In this document: positions 27,635-37,857 of the stretch, in pieces
Layout: each line of letters begins with the position of its first letter
How positions within the stretch are numbered: the first letter of the stretch is position 1
Source: a virus
Taxonomy: Duplodnaviria > Caudoviricetes
DNA length: 41,285 nt
Reading direction: 5' to 3' (one strand)
IMG/VR virus record: IMGVR_UViG_3300020403_000027
Coordinates: 1 to 41,285 of that record
Translations under genes and position numbers: made by a program
Notes under the pieces: model-generated
Told to the model about the DNA's origin: nothing
Seen by the model: only the letters and a program-made list of their open reading frames with translations
Databases searched by the model: none

Positions 27635-29542
27635 TTAGTATGCAGATGTCGATGATGCGGCGCTAGTAGAGCCTAAAACTTGTTGAGCTGGAGTTTCATC
27701 AGCTGTTGCCATTTTAAAATCACCTGTACTCAGAGTTGTATCTGAAATCATATTAACAGTAATATCTTTTTTCTCAATTATAATAACTTGCTCTCTTATA
27801 GGAGTAATATCCTGTACATTAGTTTGTACATATACTTCAATTGTATTATTATCTACCACTTCTGTAACTGTAATAGGTGTAAAATCTACAAGAGATAATT
27901 TACCTGTAGTATAATCAATAGTTCCTACGTTTGTATCAATTACAGCAATCTCCCCAGCCTCTTCTCTTATTACTTGAATAATACCATCAACATCTCTTAA
28001 TTTACATAGATCTCTAACTACTTTAGTTGAATCATCTGTATATTCAAAAGTAGAGGAAGTAACAGTTCCTTGATACCCTACATATGGATATTTTAACTGG
28101 TTTGAAAATTTCATAGCATAATTAAATGTTTGTGCTAATTCTACTTTCAATCTTTTAAATAGAGTTACTGTGGTTTGGTTATTTAAAATTGCTGGATCAG
28201 CATTATCAAACAAAGTAGTTAGTCTTGAATATCTAAATCTTAAATCAAACTTATTTAATTCTGTCTGTTGATAATTTAAAGCAACACTTACAATATTATC
28301 ACCTATTTGTTTAGCTGATGATACTGTCTTATTAGGATCATATCTTACATTAGCTACAATTTTTAGATATAGGTAATCTGGTGCTACAATCTCAGGAGTA
28401 ACTGTTACCATATTCTTCTTAAGAAGAATCTCATCTTTAATAGCATTTTTATCTTTAGTAGTTAATTGAAGACCGCTTTTAGGTTTTACAGCAATATAAG
28501 CTTTTCCATATCTTGGAGGGTCATTTTCCTCTCCTCCCCAACAAGTAACGGACTCTGCATTAGTCCATTCCTTTTCAACCAGTCTTTTATAATCATTTAA
28601 TGTTACAGCTCTATTTTGTGTTTCATATAATTTTGGAGCATTATATTTTATTTGCTGTATTGTTTCTCTGGAAGTACCGCCATAAGCTTTAGTTGTTGTA
28701 GTAACTGTAACATCTGGATACCCACCAATAACATCAACCGCTGTAAATACAGATGCTCCATTAGTTACTATTCCATCTGAAATATTAGCGGTTAAAATTA
28801 TCTGACTTCCATCTTTTGGTCTAAATCCTACTTTACCATCTCCAAACTGCACTTCCCATCTTCCATCAAACTCTTCATATAAAAAATATACATATGAAGT
28901 TGATGATACTGATACAGTATCTGTCACTTTTTGGTATGTTACAGTTTCTGTAGCTTCTGGCGACTCTTTAACTACTACTGATAAAGTACTTACATCTGTA
29001 CCAGGGTTAGGTAAAATAAATTTTTGCTCTAAGTTTGAATAATCTACAGTATATTTGTGTGTTAATCTTACACCTTGATTTAACTGAACATTTGGAATTG
29101 TAAATCTTCCATCTGATCCAAGTACAGCATTATATGAATCTGCTGTAGTAAAGAAATATTTGTTTTGATCAATTACAGTAGTAAATCTTTTATCTTTTTC
29201 TACTACTATTGAAGAAGATCCATCATTTGGTGTAACCACTAATGTTACTTCAGCTTTAGAGCCTTGAACTGATGCAGGAGTATATCCCATCTGCTTAGCT
29301 CTTTGTACTACAGAATTTCTGAGCTCAGCAGTCTCTAAAAACATTTCATTAGAGATCATATTAAGATAGAAAGAATTATAATATGTGTTATAAGATAGTA
29401 AATCCAATATTACATCTATGCCGGATCCTGCAAAATCATAATTTGCAAATTCACTCTGACTTTTAAGATATGCTATTAGATTTGCCTTTATAGTAGACAT
29501 ATCTAATTCTGATACATTTAACTTTGCTACATCAGTTGCCAT
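27635..29542 (-). CDS. gp6: Baseplate wedge protein (gp6-like)
   Basis: YDFAGSG..LSYNTYYN..NEMFLETAELRNSVV; FGDGKVG; QNRAVTLNDY; WGGEENDPPRYGK; GTIDYTTG. Confidence 0.93.
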   Translation of the reverse strand: MATDVAKLNVSELDMSTIKANLIAYLKSQSEFANYDFAGSGIDVILDLLSYNTYYNSFYLNMISNEMFLETAELRNSVVQRAKQMGYTPASVQGSKAEVTLVVTPNDGSSSIVVEKDKRFTTVIDQNKYFFTTADSYNAVLGSDGRFTIPNVQLNQGVRLTHKYTVDYSNLEQKFILPNPGTDVSTLSVVVKESPEATETVTYQKVTDTVSVSSTSYVYFLYEEFDGRWEVQFGDGKVGFRPKDGSQIILTANISDGIVTNGASVFTAVDVIGGYPDVTVTTTTKAYGGTSRETIQQIKYNAPKLYETQNRAVTLNDYKRLVEKEWTNAESVTCWGGEENDPPRYGKAYIAVKPKSGLQLTTKDKNAIKDEILLKKNMVTVTPEIVAPDYLYLKIVANVRYDPNKTVSSAKQIGDNIVSVALNYQQTELNKFDLRFRYSRLTTLFDNADPAILNNQTTVTLFKRLKVELAQTFNYAMKFSNQLKYPYVGYQGTVTSSTFEYTDDSTKVVRDLCKLRDVDGIIQVIREEAGEIAVIDTNVGTIDYTTGKLSLVDFTPITVTEVVDNNTIEVYVQTNVQDITPIREQVIIIEKKDITVNMISDTTLSTGDFKMATADETPAQQVLGSTSAASSTSAY

Positions 29543-29544
29543 TT

Positions 29545-29955
29545 TTACCTATACAAATAAGTTTCGAAGGTTTCGGTATTTTGTTGACTTAACATAGTAA
29601 AAACAACTTGAATTTTATATAAGTTTCTATCTTCATCACCTTCTACAATTATATCTCTAACTGTAGCTCTAGGTTCTAAAATTCTCAAAGCGTCAGCAAT
29701 TTTAGTCACCATTCTTGTTTCTGTTAAATTATTCATTGGCTCGAATAATAGTTCCAAAATTCCTGCGCCAATTTCTGGATGACCTAATCTTTCGTTTTGT
29801 CTGGTTTGCAGAATATTTCTTATGGACTGTTTTATAACATTTGCATTTTTAGTCTTTATCAAATCACCTGTAGCAGCATTAGGCTTAAATGATAGGTCTA
29901 TATCTTGATATATAACTTGCTCAGAACCATAGTTTAATTCGGTATATTCTGCCAT
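29545..29955 (-). CDS. gp25: Baseplate wedge subunit (gp25-like)
   Basis: DIDLSF..IKQSIRNILQT..ER..PEIG..LLFEP..EPR GPW/gp25 signature. Confidence 0.92.
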   Translation of the reverse strand: MAEYTELNYGSEQVIYQDIDLSFKPNAATGDLIKTKNANVIKQSIRNILQTRQNERLGHPEIGAGILELLFEPMNNLTETRMVTKIADALRILEPRATVRDIIVEGDEDRNLYKIQVVFTMLSQQNTETFETYLYR

Positions 29956-29970
29956 TGTATCCTTTTTCTC

Positions 29971-29978
29971 TATTTATA
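29971..29978 (-). promoter_or_regulatory. T4-type late promoter TATAAATA upstream of gp25
   Basis: Perfect consensus (+ strand TATTTATA) in the 24-nt intergenic gap. Confidence 0.8.
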
Positions 29979-29979
29979 A

Positions 29980-32900
29980 TCAAAAGGTTTGACTTGAAAA
30001 TGTACTAAGCATATCAGAAACTTCATCAGCTTTTTTATTAATTTCTTTTAAAATTTCATCAAATTTGTTTCTACTTGCTTGTATTTTATCTTCATCAGCT
30101 TTTTCTTTTTTCTTTCCAATAGATAAATCAAAATCCCAATCTTCATGAAATCTTAAATCAACAAAAGTAGAATCTGGTCCACCTATTTGAAATGCTGAAT
30201 CAATTGCTAATCTAGTATCATCAATTATCTCAATTATAAATCTGGAATATATTTCATTTTCAATAGTAATTAATAACATATCATCTTGAGATACTCCTAA
30301 ACCGCCCCATGTCTTTTTATCAAGCTCTTCAGCTTCAACTTGTACTAAACCCCCTCCTTCAAATCCTTCTGTAGTTGGAGTAAAAGAATTTAATTCAATA
30401 ATAGTGCCTAAAGGATATTGTTCTGTATTTCTTAATTGACCTTCTGCTCCTCTTCCAAAAGGCGTACCTTGATCATGTCTGGGTAGCTCATTGTAATCAG
30501 TACCTGAAGTAACAAGATATGTGGAAATAGTATTTGCTTGTGATTCAAAGTTTCTTAATCTATATCCTGGATGATAATAATGAGTACTATTTGCTCTATA
30601 CTCATCCTTAACTTTATAATCAGTATCTACATCATCACTTAAAATAATATCAAAAGATAATGCTTGTTCTATATCTGGTTCAAAAGCTTCATCTAAAATA
30701 GCAACTGTATTATTAGCCATTCTTACAACAGTTCTAGATGAACCTGAAGCTGGGTTAAGAGGGTCAAAAATAGTTACTGTAGTATTTTCGCTTAACTTTC
30801 TCTCTCCCGCATTAAAATCTGTTACATCAGCAACGAACTTACCATTAATAATCATAAGTGAAGTACCTTTAGATCTTAGGCTTCCATTTTCTACATCTAA
30901 GTCTGGTGTTTCTTGAATAAGAGCTATCTCTACTTCAAATAACAATTCATTTATTCTCTCAGTTAATAGATCTAGTTCATTTAAATCTCTATCTCTTAAA
31001 CCTAATAACTCTTCAAAAATACCTTCAGTTGCACCATTAGATAAGAACTGATTATTTTGAGTAGGATCTCTTCTTCCGAATAAAGGAACTGCTAATATTT
31101 TTTGCCTTATTCCTTGAGCACCTCCTTCAATTCCGTTTAATTTCTTTAAAAACTCACCTAAAGTAGCTTTTGTATCTTTTAAGAATTCAATTTTAGCTTT
31201 TCTAATTTCTTCTGGCGTTCTTTGATCACCTACTATTTCATCTTCTTCTTCGCCGGTTGCTAATCCTAATCTCTCCCAAAAAAGAGCATTTATAATATCA
31301 TTACCATCTGTATCTTTTATAAGAGGAGGTTCACCAGTTGTATTATCTTTTAAACATCTATAGTTACTTCCTCTAAAATATACTTCATCATCCGCCATAT
31401 ATAATTTTTCATTATCATACACCGGAGTTGCTAGCTTACTAAAATCTTCTTGCTGTTTTGTCTCTTCAGCTGTTTGTGTTCTTAAACCTAATAATAAAGC
31501 TAACGTTTCAACTGACTTAACTAATGCACCTCCAGTTGGTCCTCCTCCTAGAAAACATACACCCGCACAAAATTTAAGAGCCTCTGGAGGTTTATTAGGT
31601 CCTCCTGCAGCTAACATTCTATTTCTAAACTCTGCAGTTCCTCCTTCTTTAGGTTCTAAGTATAAGGAATAAATACCTGTGGCTGGAATACCTACAGCGA
31701 ATAGTTCTAATATTGATTCTATTTGAGCTGCAAAAGCTGACAATTCATCAACTTTACTATCTAGATATTTAATAATAGGATCTATAGATTGTTTAGAACT
31801 TTTTACAGTTGACTTAATACCTCTAATATGTTCTTCTGCAGTATCTAAAATACCACCTAATGGCGGAATTAAATCTTCTAATCTCTTACCTCTCCAATCG
31901 GGCTTCTCAGATTCTTTTCCAGTAAAATATTTGTTAGCTACTTCTCCAACTACAAAAGTACCTTTACTTTTTTGAACCCATTCACCTCCTGTAGCATCTC
32001 CTGCTTTATCTGTAGGATCTTTAACTTCTTTTCCTTTGTTATCAGTAAATCCGGTTGTAGTAGTAACTTGTTCAGCTTCTGCAATAATATCACCTTCTTC
32101 AAAAACAGAAGCAGTTAAATATTCAATTTCTAATCTCTGTACTTGATAAGGTACTAAATTAATATCTTCTATAATAGGTGTATTTCTTCTTACAATTTCA
32201 CTTTCGGTTAAATGCGTATTAAATGTATCTGACTTATGAGCAGGAGTTGTTTTTTTAGTTTTCTCCATTTTTTCTGTACTAACAACTTTTGTAATTCTAG
32301 CTACTACACCTTTTTGATTACATATTGCTTTACCATCACCATCTTTCATTGCAGCAAAATTACCTTGAGTATCATCATTTTCAATGTAAGCGGTAGCGGA
32401 AGGACCTGCTGCATTTGCTGGACTCTGAACTGCAACTACATTTTTATTACTTACTTCTTTTACTATAATAGTTTGCTTAGGTTTATTTTCTGAAAATATC
32501 TTATCAAGATCTTTTAATAACTGATCGAAAGATTCAAGACTTATTAATTTATTGAAAGATTCCATTATACCTGTAAATTGATCCAAACTAGGAGCTCCAG
32601 CTATAATAATAATTCCTCCTACTGTAGCTGAATCTGAAAAAACAGGTCTACCTGATATGTAATAATCTTCATCTAATAGTAATGAATTTGCTACAGCTGC
32701 ATTATTAGCTGAAGGTACATCCCCTACATCATCAAACTGTCTATCAATAGTCTGTAAAATTCCTCCAGGTGTAAGAGAAGTAAGTAATAAACTATCTCTT
32801 ACTTTTGCTGCGATAATTTCAGATCTATCAGTTAAATCAACATCTTCATTACTTGTTTCCTTTACTGCAGGTGCTTTTATGTATAATTGTTCTCCAGTAT

Positions 32901-33351
32901 CAATATCTCTAGCAGGCGCATCTCCTTTTAAAACGTTCATTGGAACTAATTCTGGAACTGTTACTTCTGTTCCTGTAGGAGTTGTTCTAGTAGTTGAACC
33001 CCAAGCAGCTTTTACATATCTTGTTTCACCTATTTCTAAAGCACCGGTTAATGGATTTCTTTTAATAGTAGCAGAAGTATCCATAGATGATGAATGAACA
33101 GGTAGATAATAAAAACCTAAACCTCTTAAATCATCTAGTAACTTTATTATCTCATCTAAAATAGCATCAATAGCTGCGAACAAAGGATCAATGGATGATA
33201 AAAGTAAAGCTTTATTTACTTCATAAACATTTTTAATAAGTGCGGCATTCTCTTTATGAAGCTCTAAGCCTTTTTGAGCTGCTTCAAAAAACGGTTTAAG
33301 TGATCCTATATCACCTAAAGTTTGAGAAGCCCAAAGATCTTGTTCAGCCAT
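29980..33351 (-). CDS. Large hypothetical protein (1123 aa), probably baseplate-associated
   Basis: Between gp5 and gp25; two related helix-plus-strand modules, coiled-coil segments and a CBM5/12-like motif. Confidence 0.6.
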   Translation of the reverse strand: MAEQDLWASQTLGDIGSLKPFFEAAQKGLELHKENAALIKNVYEVNKALLLSSIDPLFAAIDAILDEIIKLLDDLRGLGFYYLPVHSSSMDTSATIKRNPLTGALEIGETRYVKAAWGSTTRTTPTGTEVTVPELVPMNVLKGDAPARDIDTGEQLYIKAPAVKETSNEDVDLTDRSEIIAAKVRDSLLLTSLTPGGILQTIDRQFDDVGDVPSANNAAVANSLLLDEDYYISGRPVFSDSATVGGIIIIAGAPSLDQFTGIMESFNKLISLESFDQLLKDLDKIFSENKPKQTIIVKEVSNKNVVAVQSPANAAGPSATAYIENDDTQGNFAAMKDGDGKAICNQKGVVARITKVVSTEKMEKTKKTTPAHKSDTFNTHLTESEIVRRNTPIIEDINLVPYQVQRLEIEYLTASVFEEGDIIAEAEQVTTTTGFTDNKGKEVKDPTDKAGDATGGEWVQKSKGTFVVGEVANKYFTGKESEKPDWRGKRLEDLIPPLGGILDTAEEHIRGIKSTVKSSKQSIDPIIKYLDSKVDELSAFAAQIESILELFAVGIPATGIYSLYLEPKEGGTAEFRNRMLAAGGPNKPPEALKFCAGVCFLGGGPTGGALVKSVETLALLLGLRTQTAEETKQQEDFSKLATPVYDNEKLYMADDEVYFRGSNYRCLKDNTTGEPPLIKDTDGNDIINALFWERLGLATGEEEDEIVGDQRTPEEIRKAKIEFLKDTKATLGEFLKKLNGIEGGAQGIRQKILAVPLFGRRDPTQNNQFLSNGATEGIFEELLGLRDRDLNELDLLTERINELLFEVEIALIQETPDLDVENGSLRSKGTSLMIINGKFVADVTDFNAGERKLSENTTVTIFDPLNPASGSSRTVVRMANNTVAILDEAFEPDIEQALSFDIILSDDVDTDYKVKDEYRANSTHYYHPGYRLRNFESQANTISTYLVTSGTDYNELPRHDQGTPFGRGAEGQLRNTEQYPLGTIIELNSFTPTTEGFEGGGLVQVEAEELDKKTWGGLGVSQDDMLLITIENEIYSRFIIEIIDDTRLAIDSAFQIGGPDSTFVDLRFHEDWDFDLSIGKKKEKADEDKIQASRNKFDEILKEINKKADEVSDMLSTFSSQTF

Positions 33352-33502
33352 TCTTTACCTTCTGTTGATGCTCTTCAATACTAACTCTAAATTTTTTCAT
33401 TAGCTCGTTTTCTAATTCTATAAGCTCTTTAGTTTTTTCCATTAGTTTAATAAGTTTAGGATGAGGTACAAACTTATCTGTTTTCTGCCATTCATTATCC
33501 AT
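33344..33502 (-). CDS. Small helical protein (52 aa)
   Basis: Not in the track. ATG 33502 lies just after the gp5 stop: MDNEWQKTDKFVPHPKLIKLMEKTKELIELENELMKKFRVSIEEHQQKVKNG, stop TGA 33344-33346 overlapping the next gene; fills the gap exactly. Confidence 0.7.
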   Translation of the reverse strand: MDNEWQKTDKFVPHPKLIKLMEKTKELIELENELMKKFRVSIEEHQQKVKNG

Positions 33503-33503
33503 T

Positions 33504-35531
33504 TTATTCACTCATTAATAAGTTTAGCTGTGCTACTTGTTCAAATAGATCAGGTAAAACTGCTGCAGGAGGAGTAGTTTCTGCAGGTGCTGGTACATTA
33601 GTTACTACACCAGCAGGTGTGGCAGATCCAGCTGGATAAGAAACATAAGGATGAGTATGATTTATAAAAATTTCTAAAATCTTATCTAGAATACTTTTCA
33701 ATGAAGCTGTCTCATTTCTTATACCTATAAGCCCTGTCGCGTTCATTTCAATAGAAGCAATTTGTGATTTAAGAGCAATAGCTCCTGCTGGTCCTGCTGT
33801 TAAGGTAATATCAGATGTAGGTGAATCACCAAGTAAGATAGAACCGGTTTCATTTTTTATGTTAATACTTCCAAGTGTAGAAGCTAATTCAATTTCAGCA
33901 GCTACTGGATCTCTCGGAGTTATAGATAAGTAACCTACAGCTGATAGTTTAGCTGCTGAGGCACTACTAACAGGCAATTCATTTAACTGAAGTAATATAC
34001 CTCCAGTACCTGCTTTTGCATCAGCACTCCTCATATTGATAATACCATTTTGAACAGATGTACTTTTACCTGCAGTTCCTTGTCCTAGAATAACATTAAG
34101 ACCTTGAATTGATTCTTCTGATCCATGTGTTACACTTTCGGTTTTACTTTGACCAGCAATAGCTACTGGACCCATAGCACTTAAACCTATCTGTCCAGCA
34201 GTTATACTTTGAGCGCCTCCAACCTCTATGTTTTGATCTCCTGCTATAGCAACATTCTGACCATTTTTATTTCCATCTTCTGAAGGATTTAAGCTAGGAT
34301 CATCTTGAGGAGTTTTGGATTGTTCTATCTTAGGTGAGTTCATTTTAATGAACTCTTTTGCATTCATTTCAATTCTTTTAGCATTAATAAAGGTAACACC
34401 ATCTTTTGAATAAATCTCTACATTACCTTCCTGAGATTCTAAATGAACATCTCCTGTACCATTTACTCTTAACCAAAAGTCCTCATTACCACCTTTTCTT
34501 GATACCTCTAAATCATATCCTAAACCAACAGAGATACTTTTATTTCCTCCTATCAATTCATAACCATCTCTAACTATACAGGAATGAAGATCTTGATTAG
34601 ATTTATGAACTACTGATCCATTAGGATTCATTTCCATATATGAACCGGTTCTGTGCATCCAATGCAATCTTTCTGAACCTGGAGTATCATCCATTTCGGT
34701 TACATGACCACTCTCTGTTTGATGTACGTGATTATATGGATACTGAGCATCATATAAAGATGCTGGTTCTTTAAATCTAAAAGGTATTCTTCCTGAAGGT
34801 ATATTACCAACCTCTACCATTCTAGTATCAGCTTTTGTTTGTAAAGGAGACTCTGCACCTAATGTAACCGTAATAGAAGCGGCTTCACTTCCAGGTCTTA
34901 TTCTATTTAAAATCTTAGCTGATTCATCTTTAAAGCCTCTAGCTAAACGAGGAGTAGTAGGTTCATCTAAAAATCTTATATTAGGAAAATTATAATCAAA
35001 TTCGTAAATATCTTTATCTTCATGCTTTTTAGGGTCATCAGATCTTTCTGTTACATTAATACCTAAATTTTGATCAAACTCAACTTTAAGAGGAAATTGA
35101 GGAACATCTCTAAATTGTATTTCACCCTTTTTAAGTTCACCTGTCTTATTATCTATCTGAAAAGGTTTAGGTATTACTACTCTGGGATCATTAAAACCAT
35201 CTAAAGGATCTCCAGGTTTATCTGGGCGCCCAGGTAATGTACCCATCATAACTGGATCTGAAGCATCTAAACCATCTTTAAAGAAAGCCATAACCCAGGT
35301 TCCTGGAACAGGCCCTGTAGGGCTAGTTCCTACTTGAGTTTGAGATGCAGAAGTTATTGGCATCAAAGGAAAAGACCAAGGTAAAGAAGTAGTAGGAAGT
35401 TCTTGCTTATCTCTTGTATGAAAACCTAAATATCTAACTTTACATCTTCCAAGATATAAAGGATCATCTCTATCTTCAACACATCCGATGGCCCATATAA
35501 AGCCATCTTTTCCCATAAAACTTGTTTCCAT
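33504..35531 (-). CDS. gp5: Baseplate hub/central spike (gp5-like), no lysozyme domain
   Basis: OB-fold FIWAIGCVEDRDDPLYLGRCKVR..LPW..GTWVMAFF; YPYNHVHQTESGHVTEMDDTPGSERLH; beta-helix-like repeats; terminal NHTH. Confidence 0.9.
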   Translation of the reverse strand: METSFMGKDGFIWAIGCVEDRDDPLYLGRCKVRYLGFHTRDKQELPTTSLPWSFPLMPITSASQTQVGTSPTGPVPGTWVMAFFKDGLDASDPVMMGTLPGRPDKPGDPLDGFNDPRVVIPKPFQIDNKTGELKKGEIQFRDVPQFPLKVEFDQNLGINVTERSDDPKKHEDKDIYEFDYNFPNIRFLDEPTTPRLARGFKDESAKILNRIRPGSEAASITVTLGAESPLQTKADTRMVEVGNIPSGRIPFRFKEPASLYDAQYPYNHVHQTESGHVTEMDDTPGSERLHWMHRTGSYMEMNPNGSVVHKSNQDLHSCIVRDGYELIGGNKSISVGLGYDLEVSRKGGNEDFWLRVNGTGDVHLESQEGNVEIYSKDGVTFINAKRIEMNAKEFIKMNSPKIEQSKTPQDDPSLNPSEDGNKNGQNVAIAGDQNIEVGGAQSITAGQIGLSAMGPVAIAGQSKTESVTHGSEESIQGLNVILGQGTAGKSTSVQNGIINMRSADAKAGTGGILLQLNELPVSSASAAKLSAVGYLSITPRDPVAAEIELASTLGSINIKNETGSILLGDSPTSDITLTAGPAGAIALKSQIASIEMNATGLIGIRNETASLKSILDKILEIFINHTHPYVSYPAGSATPAGVVTNVPAPAETTPPAAVLPDLFEQVAQLNLLMSE

Positions 35532-37300
35532 TACTGCACTCCACTACCTGGATTTAAATATATATCATTAGCAGCTCCAGGCGGTGTAGTAACTGGTTCT
35601 GCTTTTTTAGCCCCTAATTGCTGTTCTAATATTTCTTGTTTATTAGTCTGTCTTAATTGTCTATTTTGATTAAGAGCTTGATCAAAAGCAGGTAGATCTG
35701 ATGAATAAGAATCTTTCCTTATTTGTACATGCATAAGATATTTTTCAGCAGTAAATTCGTGCTTTATTTTTGTTATTAAATATTTACCGCTCAAAAATAC
35801 ATCTGGTACATTTTCTTGACCTTCTTGAATACTTTGAGAAGGTACATAAAAGTTAATAACCTCACCTACTCTTAAAGAAGAATCACCATACATCTTTAAA
35901 GTTATTTTTATATTATTAAGTTGCTGTAATTGAGAATCTCTTATCTGTGTTCTTCTTTCTAACTGACTCTCTTTTATATTTGGTTCAGCTCCTCCACCTG
36001 CTGCTTTTCTATTAGCATTAAAAAAATAAGAATGATTGAATTTAGTAGACATAAATTTAATCTTTGATCTCTCTCCATTATCCTTATCATTTAATAAATC
36101 ATTTTTATCTGTAACTAACTTACCGGCTGTACCTGACTCTGAAAGTGATAATGTTAAATCTTCAAGTTTCTGAACTGATGATTCTGGCTCTGAAGGAACG
36201 CCATCTACTTCAACAGTAGCTCCTGTTGCTGGATCTTCTTGTGCTACTATATCTTTTCTTTTTACATAACTATAACCAGTAATAGTATATCTCATTCTAG
36301 TCATATCATGAGTTATTAATTTACTAGCGTACATACCCTCTCTAAGATTATCAACAATATCAAACAAACCATCAACTTCAAAATCTAATACTGAATTAAA
36401 ACCAGCTTCATTATCTTCTGCATCTAAAGCTGGTCCCGGAGTAGCAAAAATATGACGCTTTGGTTCTCTCTTAAAAATTGTCTCTAAACTTTCAAATCTA
36501 AAAAATGAAAGGGTTTCATAAAACATATAAAGGGCTCCTCCTGCTTGCTCTGCGGGAGGTACAACCTGTCCGGCTGGAACTTGATCTGCTTCTGGTTCAT
36601 TTAATGATAATGCTTTTTCAGCAAGATCATCTATATGCTGAAAAGGTTTCTTAAAAGGTAGTCCTAAGTTATGAATACCTTCAGTAGGTTCTATAATTAT
36701 TTTTTTATATTGAGTTTCAGGAACAAAAGCTGCATAATCAGTTCTTAAAGGTTCCATAATATCTTTATCATAGATATCTTCTATTATTTGATCATATGAA
36801 AAATTTGGATAACCTCTACTTATTCTAGTTTTTTCATTTATTATTGCTTCAACTGATGTGCAGTGTAATACATAGTTTTTTACTCTATCATTAGTAGATA
36901 CCATTGGTGATATTGATGTAACTCTAAAAACTTTTGATATAATACCGTCTAATAAGTTACCTGTATCAGATCCTTCACCTGCTGTAACACCTCTAGTAGA
37001 TGCAATTATTTCTATAAATTCTTCTCCTATAATAGGAATCAATTCTCTAAGACCAAATGATTCAATAATAGATATATCGCATAAAAGATAACTACTGCTT
37101 AAATCTTCATATATAGAAATAGTATCATAAACAGGAGTTAAATCAATAGGTGAATCAATATTAGGAGACTTTATAACTAACTTATCAACTAAGTAATCTC
37201 CTGGCATCCTAGATAAGGAAGCTGCACCAGTATCTTCTATAGGAGAAGTAGTAGGTGTTCTATTTTCCTCTCTTTGATTAAGTAACGGATCAGCCATCAA
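35531..37300 (-). CDS. Baseplate hub protein (gp27-like)
   Basis: ISIYEDL..PIIGEEFI; YMFYET..FRFESLE; GDSSLRVGEVI..SGKYLITKIKHEF..KDS; lies between gp53 and gp5. Confidence 0.7.
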   Translation of the reverse strand: MMADPLLNQREENRTPTTSPIEDTGAASLSRMPGDYLVDKLVIKSPNIDSPIDLTPVYDTISIYEDLSSSYLLCDISIIESFGLRELIPIIGEEFIEIIASTRGVTAGEGSDTGNLLDGIISKVFRVTSISPMVSTNDRVKNYVLHCTSVEAIINEKTRISRGYPNFSYDQIIEDIYDKDIMEPLRTDYAAFVPETQYKKIIIEPTEGIHNLGLPFKKPFQHIDDLAEKALSLNEPEADQVPAGQVVPPAEQAGGALYMFYETLSFFRFESLETIFKREPKRHIFATPGPALDAEDNEAGFNSVLDFEVDGLFDIVDNLREGMYASKLITHDMTRMRYTITGYSYVKRKDIVAQEDPATGATVEVDGVPSEPESSVQKLEDLTLSLSESGTAGKLVTDKNDLLNDKDNGERSKIKFMSTKFNHSYFFNANRKAAGGGAEPNIKESQLERRTQIRDSQLQQLNNIKITLKMYGDSSLRVGEVINFYVPSQSIQEGQENVPDVFLSGKYLITKIKHEFTAEKYLMHVQIRKDSYSSDLPAFDQALNQNRQLRQTNKQEILEQQLGAKKAEPVTTPPGAANDIYLNPGSGVQ

Positions 37301-37857
37301 CTACCACCATATCTTTGTTGAGCTTCTTTAAAAATGCCCTCAATATATTGTTTATCTATTACTTTAATAGTTCTATTCTTTTCATTAGTTTCAAACTCCA
37401 TATCATACTTAGTAATGCGCTTTCTCTCTGCAGCTGCTAAACCATTATAAGTTTCAAGATCGACTTCTACTTCTAAAGGTATTTGATTATCGCCTGCTGG
37501 CTGTAATATTTGTTTGTAAGTATGAACTAATTTTCTTGCTCTAGCTGTACTTCCATATTTACCTTGAATCATTTTTCTAAAATCTTCAGCCTTTAAAGGC
37601 CAATCAAAATATGGATTAAACATTCTATTAGCTAAAAATATTATCCAATCATACTTTGGACTTCCATAAAGAATAAAAGAAGTTACATCAGGTCTTTCTC
37701 CATCACCTATAGTATGTTTATCAAACAAAACACCTTTATCTATAACATCTTGTTTTATTAAATTACGAACAAAAATGTCTACAGCTGTAGTTGTTTCTCT
37801 ATATTTACTTTTTGTAATATTATATTCGACTTTTGGTAAGTAAGTAAAATAAGACAT
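37297..37857 (-). CDS. gp53: Baseplate wedge subunit (gp53-like)
   Basis: MSYFTYLP; GERPDVTSFILYGSPKYDWIIFLAN..FDWP; NEKNRTIK. Confidence 0.9.
   Translation of the reverse strand: MSYFTYLPKVEYNITKSKYRETTTAVDIFVRNLIKQDVIDKGVLFDKHTIGDGERPDVTSFILYGSPKYDWIIFLANRMFNPYFDWPLKAEDFRKMIQGKYGSTARARKLVHTYKQILQPAGDNQIPLEVEVDLETYNGLAAAERKRITKYDMEFETNEKNRTIKVIDKQYIEGIFKEAQQRYGGS

Noticed and set aside
10858-33097. Short ORFs 10858..11100, 16985..17179, 24566..24823, 32236..32493 and 32879..33097
   Set aside because: Nested in long structural genes; typical antisense or alternate-frame ORFs.
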